Source: Balanoglossus misakiensis
Taxonomy: Eukaryota; Animalia; Hemichordata
Direction of reading: 5' to 3'
Length of the DNA: 64,000 nt
Assembly (NCBI GenBank): GCA_040954595.2
Contig: CM082577.2
Span: 248,001-312,000, forward strand
A program made the translations under genes and the position numbers. Every line of letters begins with the position of its first letter. Position 1 is the first letter of the stretch. The notes below the pieces were generated by a model. That model was not told the origin of the DNA and ran no database searches. It worked only from the letters and a program-made list of their open reading frames with translations. Of this stretch, positions 48,397-60,797 are shown piece by piece.

Positions 48397-50454
48397 ATGG
48401 TGGGTTGTTGTAATTTCAAGATGTCGGACATTTATTTGCGTTATGAACACAAGGCCACCTTTGCAAATCCACAGGTAAGCCCTCCTCCTCTATGCGGCTT
48501 TGTGTGGCAATCACAGATCTCCGTAACAAAATGCAAGATAGTCACTCCGAGACCCTGGAGTTCAACTACGTAGGTTACGCATTTCAACTGTACCATCAAT
48601 AACTTGCTCGGTTACACATATTGTTTTCAAGACAGTCTTGTGTCCACCCCACATAGTTTTTGTCTCCATATCTCCTAAACCATGGACACGGCACACACCC
48701 ACCGTATATGTCATCGCCTGGACATAAATACCACCACAATTATTACACAAACTTCACGTTCTCGAAGAATCTGTGTTTAGAATAACCACTTGTGGAATTT
48801 AGCATTACTGTTTCTTTCGCGCTGGGAAATATGAGAAAATAACCGAAACTTACCTTGCCAGAATGGCGTGTATCTTCCAGCTCTCATCATTGTGCCTTCC
48901 ACACTGACATGCCCCACGTGCACCGCCTGGTAGACTTGTGGTACGCGAGATCTGTTTTTCAGTCAATTGTACAATATTCACGGGAGCCTGAAATTTTCCA
49001 CGTTCCTGTTTCGCCGCTAGTTTAAAACATTCTCTGCCGTACAGTGGTATCGGGTTGTCAAACTGAGAACAAAACCGTTCCACTTCGCTTGAATATTCTG
49101 TGGCGGAGATATCCGAGTTTGCGTCCATGTCTGGTGGCGTGACTTACAGTGACACATGAGCATGCATCGTAGAATGGGCGTGGCAAATCGATGTGCACCT
49201 GGATCAGTGCTGTCAGTCTGTTAGCCAATGAGAAAGCTGCATTATACCATGCTATTGTGTCAGAATTTCCATCCCTAATGACACCAGGTGTATAAAGGTG
49301 TCATGTTTATTATTATCGGCAGGATCTCTCTGCACAACAAGACCATGATATTTTCAAATTTTTCGTGGTATAAGTTATAGGTAGCTTCTCTTCATTTCTC
49401 GTCATTTTTTGTTATTTCTACAGTGGAAACTCATACCAAAGTTAGTCTTCATAATATATCGCCTTGTTCTGGCGTTATACTTCGTCGGGTGGTGGCTATA
49501 CAGTATATCAACCAGTATCATGTATATTGGAGGAGAATACTTCATATATCTGACTGACTGGGGATTCATGACAGTAACGGCCTACCTTGTTACAGCCTCG
49601 TCCGCAACAGTTTATTTCCATGCAAAGCAGAAATGGGGAGGTCAGTAGTAACAATAACGTATTATGAGAGAGAGGGGGGGAGAGAGACAGACAGACGACA
49701 GACAGAGAGGGGAGATAGAAAGAGAGGGGAAGTAAAAGGTATATTCATTAGAGAGAGAGGAATCAGGAAAGACGAGAAAGACAGGGGTTGCTGTAAAGTA
49801 GTAACTTAATTTTTATGCTAAGTAGATATCGATTTTACCATGTAAACCTGGAAATACATTTTTATACTTTTATTAGTAAACAGAACCGAACGAACTCATC
49901 GCAGCATTCCCTGGTACTTTATGTTGTCATGGCTACTGTTTAACCTTGCGGTCATCGTAGCACCAATCGTTACCATCATTTATTGGGTGGCCCTGTACCA
50001 AGGAAACGGACTCCAAATTCTGGATTTCCACTTACACGCTGTAAATATCATCGCCATGACATTGGAAGTTTTCATAGCAGCAGTGCCAATCCGGTATGTC
50101 CACGTGATATATCCCATAATATACGGAACCTGTTACATAGTGTTTACTTTGATCTATTGGGGTGTAACAGGAAATATTGTATACGATATTCTGGACTACT
50201 CCCAAAACCCGGGGTTAGCAACGGGTGTCATATTCGCATGCCTTGGGTTTATGCTGTTTTTCCAAGCGTTTCTTTGGGCTGTTTACAAATTGAAAGTCAA
50301 ACTGAGTCCACCAGAAAGGAATTCTGATTCTGATCTCCTCGTTTTGATTGACGCGGGAGATGCGTTCAGCAAAACTGGTTATGAAAACATGGCGACATCA
50401 ACGGAGACACCAACACAGGTTCAGTTTGGTACTGAAGACAGAATCGAACGATGA
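48397..50454 (+). CDS. rost: Protein rolling stone-like multipass membrane protein (FAR-17a/AIG1-related), 290 aa
   Basis: Exons 48397-48474, 49424-49640, 49877-50454 (873 nt, in frame). Motifs: PQW, YRLVLALYF, YFIYLTDWG, IVTIIYW, HLHAVN, PIRYVHVIYPIIYG.Y..F..IYW, YDILDY..NP. Confidence 0.88.
48854..49128 (-). CDS. Candidate first coding exon of an antisense gene nested in rolling-stone intron 1
   Basis: ATG in strong context (CCAGACATGG), about 92 open codons ending exactly at a consensus donor AAG|GTAAGT; GC box GGGCGTGGC and CCAAT box just upstream (49176-49230). No recognised homology. Confidence 0.4.
49665..49760. repeat. GA/GACA-rich simple repeat (rost intron 2)
   Basis: Runs of GAGA and GACA. 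Confidence 0.8.
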
Positions 50455-51892
50455 CAGAAAGACAGCAAAATTTATTAATCATTTTTTGACACATTGTAAG
50501 CTTTAGCATATATACAAGCCAGGCAGAAACTATACTGTCATATATGAATGAACGACAAAAGGGTAAAGAGAACGACAACAGTAATTTCGAAAAGATGCAA
50601 ATTGGTCTCCTTTTAAGTGACAAATGAAATGACACCCTCAAAAGCCACTTCAAAGTTGCAGTTACAACAGCTTGTGATTTATATTTCATTAAAAGATCGC
50701 AACATTTCTAAAAAAAAAGCTTGTAAATAAGAAACACAGCGAAATTAATTGTATCAGTGGATTCACACACAGACACTCAGATGGTTTCTCCAAAGATAGT
50801 AAATGAACACACAAGTACATGTATAGACATTGCTAGAATACTCATCCAATAATAAATTCAGTCTATCTTCATTTGGTTGAAATCCTTAAGTCAATTCTGT
50901 CTTTTTTCAAATTCATTCACATTCGGTAAAAAATGCCTCCGGCTGATTAATTATATCAAGAGCTTCCTTATCTTTCATTGCAATCCGTTAAAATGTAAAT
51001 AAGACTCAATACTCAAATTGTGAAAAAATGAATATTCACACTGAGCAATTCAGTCACGCGTTTTTGTTTAACTTTTCCCGGTTTCCCACGAGACGAGACG
51101 CTTGTCACAATGCCTAAACGTTGGGGTTGTCGGGTGAACAATCCGGCACACTCTAGAGACTCAAATACCAAATGTGTGGGTAAGTGATTTCAGCAGATTG
51201 TGGAGAAAATGGGACCGGACCTTAAATAGCTATCAAAAAAGGCAAATCAATTTTTCTGAAACACGAGTACTAATTCCACACTCCCGTGCAATAAACTATC
51301 GAAAGCCCATGGGAAAACGGACTTGAAAAGGATTTGCTAATCCCTAGGCCATCAAAATTACTCAACATATAATCTACATTGCCTTGGGAATTTTGGCAGG
51401 AATAAAATCATTTAACCTTCAGAACAATCCAGACACCTGAAGCTGTATCTTCCGGAGGTTTAAGTGGTTTCCAAGGAATTATTAGACACGACAAATGTTA
51501 CACTTAATGAGTTTTGTGCAGTAAATTTTGACAAGGGCAGTAATAATTGAAGTATTATCTAGTGGTGCTCTGTCCGTCACAGCTCAATAAAAAAAACTGA
51601 ATGTTACGTGCTAAAAACCTGCCGGATTTTTTTCTCAGCGGCACAATTCAAAGATATTTTGTGAGTGCGGTTATATTTTTGGTATTCTCAAGAGATTGCT
51701 TACGATAGTGACTGTCCTATATAGGTGTCCAATAAATTAAGCATATCCGCCGATGTTGTTATTTGGCCATTCCTCCCTTATCGATAAGGACCAACTGTTC
51801 ATTTTCTTTAAAACGTTCGCCCGGTGTGTTTATCATATCACCCGGTACTTTTGCATTTTGCTCTAAATAACGTTTGCAATGTTGACCGATGC

Positions 51893-54800
51893 TCACAGCG
51901 AAGTCGTCTCCGTCTTCTTGTTTGTTTCGGTTCTTACGTCAAGCGTTGGGTTTGCTATACCGACGTCGCTCACGTCTGTATTGTCCGACGCTCGACTACT
52001 GACAGAGCCGTGGCGAACGTTGGTGATGGCGGACGCCGTCGACCTGCCGTGCGCCGTGGCTTTCTGGCCGCCGAAGAAGCAGGCGAGGCACGGGCACTGC
52101 TCGCGAATCGCCTTCTGGAATTTGACGTGCGTCAAGGCGTAAACAATTGGGTTGTAGACGCAGTACGTTTTAGCGAAGAGAACCGGCAGAGTGCGGGAGG
52201 TCGGCGTCAGGTAGCTGTGACCGACGAAAAGTCCGATGAGCGCCATCACGGCGTACGGCACCCATGAGAACATAAAGCACGTGATGAGAATCATGGCGAT
52301 TTTGGCCAGTTTAAATTCTGACTTGGCTTCTTTGGACGACCGCAGGACGGCGTCGTGTGTCTTGGTGACTTCGCCTTTCCTACCGGCCTTGTCTTGGATC
52401 CTGTCCAGCTCCTTGCGATGCTTACGCATTGTGTAAACCATTCTGCTGTAGCAAGACAGAATCCAGAACACGGGTACCAAAAAACCAGCCGTGTACATGG
52501 CCATCACATAGACCACGTTGACCAGAGACTGGTCGATGTAATCGTAGGTGCAACTCGTGGCGTAACCTTCAAGGATGTATCCACCGACGCCAGCAAGCGG
52601 CAGCACGGCCCAGAGAAGGGCATATAACCAAGCACCCACCACGAACTTCATGGATCGTTTAACTGTTACAGTTCTGGTGGCCTTCAAAGGCTTGCAAATG
52701 ACGTAGTAGCGGTCGTAGGCGATCATCGTCATTGTGTAGATTGACATTAAGCCGCAAAAGCCGCCTGCGAAACCATACAAGTTGCAACCTGCGCAAAGAC
52801 AAAAAATATGGCGTCGCATATGACCACGTACATTATACGTAACTGAAGTATGCGCCTGGAAACTCGGAGTCTTAAACCTTTTCTCATATTTTGCTCAATG
52901 CAACTTTAGATTATTCTCTATTAAAACCGAGAATAAAAACCCACAGCCAGGTCAACGCTCGAAGCCATAATTAAGAGTCCACTGCTCTAGCCACCGGACT
53001 ACATGCACTATTTCTTATAAAACTCACCGGGAAAGTAGTTGAGGGTCAATATAAGTCAAGCCAAGCCAAGCACTTCAAAACATTTTCACCATTTAGCGAT
53101 AAGTTGCGTCTTGCCTGTAAATGTTCCTATACTTACCAAGCTCGCCAAACAGCCAGTAGTTGTTGATGCTGGATGCGATCATCGGTGGAAAGTTGGTAAT
53201 AGTCATCAGCCAATCGGAAATAGCCAGGTTGACTATTAGCATATTGCCAGGTGTTCGAAGATACTTTGTTCTAGAATGGAAATAACCAACACTTGAACGT
53301 TTCCAAGTTTACAGATTCTCATATACATATATACGTTCACCTAAATCCTAAGTGATATCGGCAAAGCTATCAACGGCGAAGATGCGTTTTTTTTAATTGT
53401 TGTAAACATTGGTATCATGGTTTACGTTGAGTGACATGCAATCATTCTGTAAAAAAAGTCGTGGAAATGTTTTGATTTCTGTTTGACGGAGGTAACATTT
53501 TTAAAAGTAATATGGACAATACCAAAACATCATCAATGAAAAAATTGTATTGCCAATGTATTCCCTAAGCTTTTATTTCTCAGACAACTTTGTCAGTTCG
53601 CGGTTCAATAAACTACCCCTGGATGACCTATAAATCTAAAGCCTGCATTAATGCTATCGATAGATCCATGTCTACGATAAGACAGAGATGAATTGGCTTC
53701 TGGGAAGTGGAAATCACAGGTTGCATAAGAAAAATGCAAATGATGAAATCTGTTCTTTTCGTGGATTTCATCCTTTAGTAGTCACATGCCATCCGTCATC
53801 CGTCAAACAGTGGTCATCCGTCATAAAGTGGCCATCTTTTGCAATATTATTTCAAAAGATTGCCACATGTGTCTACTGGAGGATGAAATCCAAGAAAAGA
53901 ACAGATTTCACAAATGTACAACGCAAACCAACAAATCCACTCTTCAATCAGACTTGAAATGCATTCAGCGTTTCTTAGAGGTAAAGCTGATTAACATTAT
54001 AAAAGACTGGAGAGAGATTAAGGCGTCACCGAACCTATGATGCTGTACGAGGGTTTATGTGGGCGCTGATATTACACAGTGCAAGTTTCAATGTATCCTG
54101 CGTTCATTTTAATATATATAGATAGAGACAGAGAGATACAGGGTGAGACACATAGACAAATATACACAAAGAGAGACAGAGACAGACATATTCTAGAACA
54201 GACTGGCACTCCCTCTCTCTCTCTCTAGTTCTTTCGTGATAAATATTTTATGGCTTACTTGGCGATAAGTCGATGTGAAGATTACTCAATTTCCTGAATT
54301 TAACGGACCGATTTTAGTTGACCATAAAAGTAATTCCTCTATATCCTAAAATAATGGTGTCTGGTTCGGGTATTTTCCTGATCCGGTGGCCATTCGTTCG
54401 ATAACGAGTTTTAGTTTGTGATAATTTATGGTGATAGTGGATTATCATTTAAATTTATTGAATAGATTACCTCAGCTCATTTTCACAGTTGGATTACCGT
54501 ATAACATAGACTACAATGTAGTTCTATTTTTCAGGCTGTGACAGCTCTTATGTAAATTCAGACGGCATCTTGCTGTGCAGCCAAGCAACAAGCTGGATAT
54601 TAATAATATGAGATAACAATCCCACTGTGAAGTTTATGTCCGAAATTACTAAATGTAAGGCTTCCGCCGTGATAAAACGTGCATGCTTTGGTGGGGTCGA
54701 CAAACTTTCTTACGTTGAAAACGGAGAAATCTTGCACTCTTTACATGTATCTGGTATTTCTGATTGCATTTCAGACGCTATAGTCATTTTGAATTCCCGA

Positions 54801-57397
54801 ATTTCAAAAGTCATTCGAAGTCCGCGCCGCAACGATCTGGCACTCATTGCCCCAGTATTATTACATGACTTGTGAACAGGTGTTAAATAGATACACATCT
54901 CTTGGCATGGCGAGCAAAAAACCATTCGATGATAATTCTATAAAACTGCAATCATGACGTGAAAAATGCTGTCATTCATGCCGAAGTTCGAAATTAGATT
55001 TCTTTTCTGTGTGTTTAGGGAGCTTTCGGTTATTGCGATGTGGGACAGATAGGCCACAGGAGTCCGGGGTAATTTAATCACGTTCCAAATTTTGGTTTAT
55101 ACCCTGTGGCACGTTGTTAAATGTGGTTTTCTCCTAATTCCTTTTCGTAAGAAGAATAACTGCCCGCAGAAATTAAAGTACTTCAAGCGACAAATTGGAC
55201 TTCGAGGCTGTAATTGACCGCTAATATGAACCACGCAGCGCCACCCCTTGAGCTGTATGAGTGTATACCAATATAACTCTCCTACGACGGTAAAATCCTC
55301 TCATACAACAAAGGATATTTGAAGGGCGCTGTAAAATTTATGATCATACACATCTGTATAAAATTCATCTGTGTATCATAATGTTACTGACCTCGAAGTG
55401 GCTGGGTGTTTTTATTCCATGTGCCGAAGTGGGGTACATTGGGTTGAGGGGTGGGGGGAGTTTGGAGTGTATGCCCAGTGGCATCCACAGTGGAAAAGTC
55501 CTCAAACTACAAGTAATATGAGTGGAAATAGCCGAAACGAGTTTACTGTTATCTGCAATGTAATTGTCATATATATTTATATATACAAAAAATGCAATTA
55601 TAATAGTTTTACTGAAATATATATGAATGCAGCTTCACAGAATGCCGTTGCACAGAAGATTCAATATTATTATAATACACATGGCACCAATTGACGTCAC
55701 CAAGACATGCTACTAAATACCATTAAGAAAATTGTATTATATAGACCGTATATTTACAGTACTCTATTCACGCCAAACACTGACAGGATGATCATTGACA
55801 ATTGGAAAAGTGTGCTGCGGTGATAATTGTGAAATGACGTGTGACTTCAGGAGAACAGAGGACACGAGAAATTATTTGCCACTGGTACTGCGATCACATC
55901 TTGGGCCTCGGTTGGAGACAATAGTAAATATAGAAGAGTCTTTTGTCAATGTTCACACTACGTTTGTCTTACTCTTAAAATATATTTTTACTGACCCACA
56001 CATAATACAATATCCTACATCTCATTGTATGCAGCTCTATTTGTCCAGTTGGTGTTTGCAAAGTCCATTAGACATTTTAGTTTATAATTGCACTTTAGAT
56101 TGAAACAAAAATAGGTCTCCTGTTCAGTGATCTTCGTCATCATTACACATTCAAAAAGCGATGTTCTACTTCCCAGCCGGTCTACCATACCAACCTCCTT
56201 CCGATGTTTCATGCTATCTTCTTCACTCCAACCGTACCTCTTATTGCACACATAATGTATTTCACCTAACAGTATATTAATGATTTTGCGATTGGCGTTC
56301 CAGTTTATGTAGATCTTACTGGTGGAATTTGTCATCATTTGAGTAATAGTTGAACGACATGTTTCGCCAGTTTTCCATTGAGCATCGTTTGCTTTGCGTG
56401 CATGGAGAGTGGTTGGCTGGCGGTATGCCTTTGATGACAGTACTTGTGTGTGTTTGGCTGATAAAACGTTAGACTACATGTCTGTTTATTTTATGCGCGA
56501 CACAAGCGAGAGTCTGTTGAACATGTCGACTCTCGTTTTTGTCTGCAGTATTGGCTTTTCTCGATCCCAAGACTACAATGGACGTGATGACCATGACGTT
56601 GCCAATGTGAAAAGAAACGGCATACTGCATCAAAGGGCTATCAACTACTTATACGGAACATTATAATTCTGAGTGTGCTATCATGGCTGCTATTGTGCAG
56701 CTTATGGGGGGATTTGTGCGCTTAAAGAGCCCGAGGAGGGTGAAGGTCGGAAACTAGTCATCTTAATTGAATGAACTGCAGGATTTTAAATTAAAACATA
56801 GCCGCAGGTTCTATACTTAAAACTAACTTCTATCACCTCGTATGAATGGTGGCTGATGAATTCATATTCGAAGAAGTAAAGTTCATATTGGACACAAAAT
56901 AGGCGACCGACGTGTATGTCAGGCGGACCCGGCGTGCAGGAAAAGTTCGCCCTTTTTCCACACCCATGGCCAACGTTCGATAGAACATTGACCAATTTCG
57001 CTGAAACTACACCCCAATGATAAACTTACTTTGTGAAAACGTAGATGACAATTCCGTTGCCACAGAAACCAATGGTGCCCATGACGCAGAGGATCACAGC
57101 GATTGTCAAATGGGCTTCCGGTGACGCTAGTTGAGGCATGCCAGTTGGGACGATCGATGAAGAGGCGTTTGTCGAGTTCAGGAAATCTGTTATATTGGTA
57201 ACGTTCAGTGCAGCTGTGGCCATAGCATCGGTGACGTCTCCAATCGCCCCAGCGTCTGTTGTAGCCTCCTTCAGAGAAGTTACCTCAATACTCACTGCTT
57301 CCATAGTCGCCCTTTCTGCGGTTACTGACTCCATGGTCACCGTTTCCACGGTCATTGTCATTGTTCCTGGTGTTTGGGAGTCTTCAGGTGTTGCCAT
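51893..57397 (-). CDS. OPN4: Rhabdomeric (Gq-type, melanopsin-like) opsin, 465 aa
   Basis: Exons 57030-57397, 53137-53270, 51893-52788 (1398 nt). Motifs: GN..V, LRTPGNMLIVNLAISD, WLFGELGCNLYGF (Tyr at bovine position 113), AYDRY, YILEGYATSC (E181 counterion), FMFSWVPYA, LFAK (retinal-binding Lys, 52169-52171), NPIVYALTHVKF. Confidence 0.92.
52869..52906. mobile_element. Fragment of a dispersed repeat; second copy inverted at about 59138-59173
   Basis: TCTTAAACCTTTTCTCATATTTTGCTCAATGCAACTTT versus the reverse complement TCTTAAACTTTCTCATATTTTGCCCAAGGCAACTTT. Confidence 0.6.
52951..53008 (-). pseudogene. tRNA-derived (tRNA-Lys-like) SINE head or tRNA pseudogene fragment
   Basis: Minus strand reads GTAGTCCGGTGGCTAGAGCAGTGGACTCTTAAT...GGCTTCGAGCG: A-box-like segment, GACTCTTAAT anticodon arm as in tRNA-Lys(CTT), degenerate B box. 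No intact cloverleaf. Confidence 0.4.
54120..54228. repeat. GA/CT simple repeats (opsin intron)
   Basis: GAGACA-rich run followed by (CT)n. Confidence 0.8.
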
Positions 57398-57448
57398 GAC
57401 AACTGCATGATAAAAAACGACATGTTGCGTAAAGAAGTGAAAGTGTTA

Positions 57449-57886
57449 GCGGATTAGCCTCTAATATATATATATGAGTTTATCAAAATCTGTTTCCAAA
57501 CCTCTTGACATATATTGATATTGGCGGATTAGAGCATAATTAGTGATGCGTGAGTTGATTGGTCATAACCGGTTCTCCGTCCAGAATTATTCAGAATTAT
57601 TCATAATGTAGGTTCAGATAAAGCACACTCAACCACAGCCATCGGCAATGAGAGTAATTAACTCATCAATTAATTCGTGTCGTCACATTAGCTGCAAAAG
57701 GGGTTGAAAAGCCGCCACGGTCACGAATTCTTTGCTCAAAATCAGCAGGAGACATATTCAAGTCGAAGGTTTTTAAACGATTCATGTCGCCTTGATGTGC
57801 GCATTTGACTGTAATTTGATGAGGCGGGGAAAAAACAAGTACTTTTTGCGGTTCACAACTCATTAAAATAAACATACAGCGGATTA
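57449..57886. promoter_or_regulatory. Cluster of three Otx/Crx-type (K50 homeodomain) sites upstream of the opsin ATG
   Basis: GCGGATTA (= TAATCCGC) at 57449-57456, 57524-57531 and 57879-57886, plus several TAATTA palindromes. Confidence 0.55.
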
Positions 57887-59059
57887 ATTTTCATGGTGTT
57901 ATTTCGCTTATGCAAAGTGCAGTTCCCAGGTCGTATGCAATTCCTGGTTTTGTTCATGATTACCGCCATCACCAAATAAGGAAAGTATCTGCATCTGTAG
58001 ACATTTCTTGGGTGAAGCATTTGCTGATTGAACTGTTTAAAATCTTCACAGTATTCTACAATCGACGTCTTATTCCTGGAAAATCTCTTCTCGATCATCG
58101 TGATTATCAACCTCGGAGATATCAAATGGAACATTAATTTGGCCTTTGCATCGTGCATCCCTTCAAGAAGATTTCGAAATATTATCTTCATCGTAATCAG
58201 TAGTTCCATTGTCATAAAACCCCACCCTGAAAGTCGGACTGAACGGTGATAAGGAAATCTGAGATGAAAATCTGTTCAGTTCATTCCCGGCTTCAAAATT
58301 CCTATCTAGCACTAATCTGTACGGGTCGCCTTGTATCAGCACCAAACATAATCACGGCGTCTTGTGTGTCTGTCGGTGAATATTATTATACCTGCACTTT
58401 CTCACAGAAGAAAAAATAATGACGCAAGCATATATTATGTAATCCATTTGATCATAGCGTGCACTTACAATCCTGTGAAATTTTCATATGTATTATCAAG
58501 TTAGACACTATTTTCGGCAAATATGAGATGCTATTCTTCTGTACCGAATTGAAACTAAGCGTGTCACTGGTCAGCCTTATTCCCTATAGTCTAGAAACCA
58601 CGGGGTTGTATTTGTGGTGATGGATGTATATATAATGATGAGAAAGAAATTCGATTGAGTGAGTCTGCCCTAGAGAGACACCCTGCCAACCGACAGTATG
58701 CACAGTTTGAGAAGCATGGTGCTTTCGGGTTTCAGTAAATTGGGCCCTTTCATCGGTATGGCAGTTTCTGTCAGTGAATCGGAGACAGGAGACATTGACG
58801 ACAATCCATTCTAAGCTGCTAACGATATCACATAACGATATGCTTCGGACGCGGTTCGAGTGAATTATCAGGTGACACAGAGATGAAAGGAATGCCTTGG
58901 TATAATTGAATGAAATACATGAGTGTCGTGGTAAACGTGCAAACATATTCAAGGTTGCGATGTACACTTAAGGTTATACGCACCTTGGGGAAAGACTTTT
59001 TTGAAAACAGACAAGAAAACATGGCGTTCATGTTTGGCTTGCATAAAAATCACTACGTG

Positions 59060-59195
59060 TACTTAAACTTTTCTCCGTAGAGTTAACACAGAGATTAGCG
59101 GACATTTTGCTGTCTCATTCCAAAAATTGCACGGCTGAAAGTTGCCTTGGGCAAAATATGAGAAAGTTTAAGATTTTTTTCTCTCGAGAAGTCAT
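59060..59195. mobile_element. Dispersed repeat fragment related to 52869-52906
   Basis: Shares an inverted segment of about 37 bp with 52869-52906; ends in CCCTTAA. Confidence 0.5.
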
Positions 59196-60581
59196 AGTCC
59201 CTTAACAATATGCTTCGTTATATTTTATGTCCTTTGACCCTTCATTCATGTAGGCCTACTTCGCTCAGCTGCAACACGATGCGCTCGTGAATACGATGAA
59301 AATATGAAGGCTGCGATTGTCAAATAAAAGTAATAAATGTACCTATTATACCTGATAACGGAGAAGAAGGCGGTTAGAAATAGGATGAATGAGTCATTCA
59401 CACTACCCCCACGAACAAAATGGTGCTATACATTTATATCAAGGCCTCGAAACTGGCAGATAGAAGGTCGTTGAAAAGTGCCATCAGACGCGGGGGTGTA
59501 ATCCTTCGCATTGCTAAACTCAGGAGAAGTATTTGGAAAAGAACATGATTCTGATGACGAGTCACCAATAAATATGGTCGAATACATGGTAGCAAACCCA
59601 CTACTTGAGATGTTATGAAGTCGGTCCAAAACAGTTGCAAAGTTGGGTAAACAGAATTAATAACATATTCGGTTTACATTGTAGTGTATGTGCGTTGTTG
59701 TTTTTTCGGCTGGCTCACAGTAGTTTACCTGCTACTACCCGGTCAAAGTCGTATCTTTACTTATTTTCTGCAAATGAAGCTTCGCCAAGTTGAGGATATT
59801 TTTTTTATTATCTAAAATTTTCTCCCGATTTGAGAGAATGCTTCATTTGCGACAACCTGTTCATGACAAGCTGGTATCGTTATCGTGGACAAGGTGAGAA
59901 TGCGGTAATATAGTGAAAACTTGAGTATGTAGATAACCACGGTACTTGCAGCGCAAATAAATTGTGCCACAGCAATGTCTGGGATCTTCATAAAATCAAT
60001 TATATTGCTTTTTGCGTTTTCATTCCCTTATCTACATGACATGTTGCATACATCACAATTTCCGATAAAATTCCCGTGTATAGGTTGCAAATTTGTAAGA
60101 CCGGCTTTAAGGGTCTGTCAACCCGTACTTATTACGCCATATAGGCGGAGCTTTGCAGACAACGACTTCTTGTGTATCTATAAATATCTAGACTCTTCGA
60201 TCTAAACACTACAAATATCTCACCTTTAAATTTCGCATTGAACAATTATTACATTATACTCTATACATATAAAATTTGCAAATGTCAGTTACTCTGACTG
60301 TCAGAGCTCCCAAGAAACTACACATTATATTCTTCGCTTCTATTTATTTAATTAGTGATACTTGGACAAAATATGAGCAATTTCTCTATAAGCAAAATAT
60401 GAAAGTAGAGTTAACAGCGTTATATGATACATGCGATTCAACGAACGATTTTCCTTTAAAATTCCATTAAATGATACGAGTCTGTTTGATGGTAAAGCAA
60501 GAAGGATATCACGTATATTGTAAACAGAAAAGCTTAAACTGAATAAAGAATAAAATATTGGATTGATTAAAAAAAACTTAC

Positions 60582-60797
60582 CTGGAATTATACTATTGTG
60601 CCAATATTTTATTCACTGTGCGAAGATCTCGACTTCGGATATCCAGGAAATGGTGCTCTCTCGAAGCCTTTCAACAGAATGCCGTTGCACAGATGATGTC
60701 GAGTACCTTTTATATCCTGCCAAATGCCCACATTGTATTGCACACGGAAGAAGGACAGCTTCGCTGGATACCTGGCGGAATTAAGTAACTGACGTCA
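60582..60797 (-). promoter_or_regulatory. Candidate opsin core promoter and non-coding first exon
   Basis: Minus strand: CRE palindrome TGACGTCA (60790-60797), TATAAAA (60708-60714), Inr-like GCATTCT near 60680, ATG-free segment ending at donor CAG|GTAAG (exon end 60582). The opsin ATG exon has an acceptor 5 nt upstream (exon start 57402). Confidence 0.45.
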
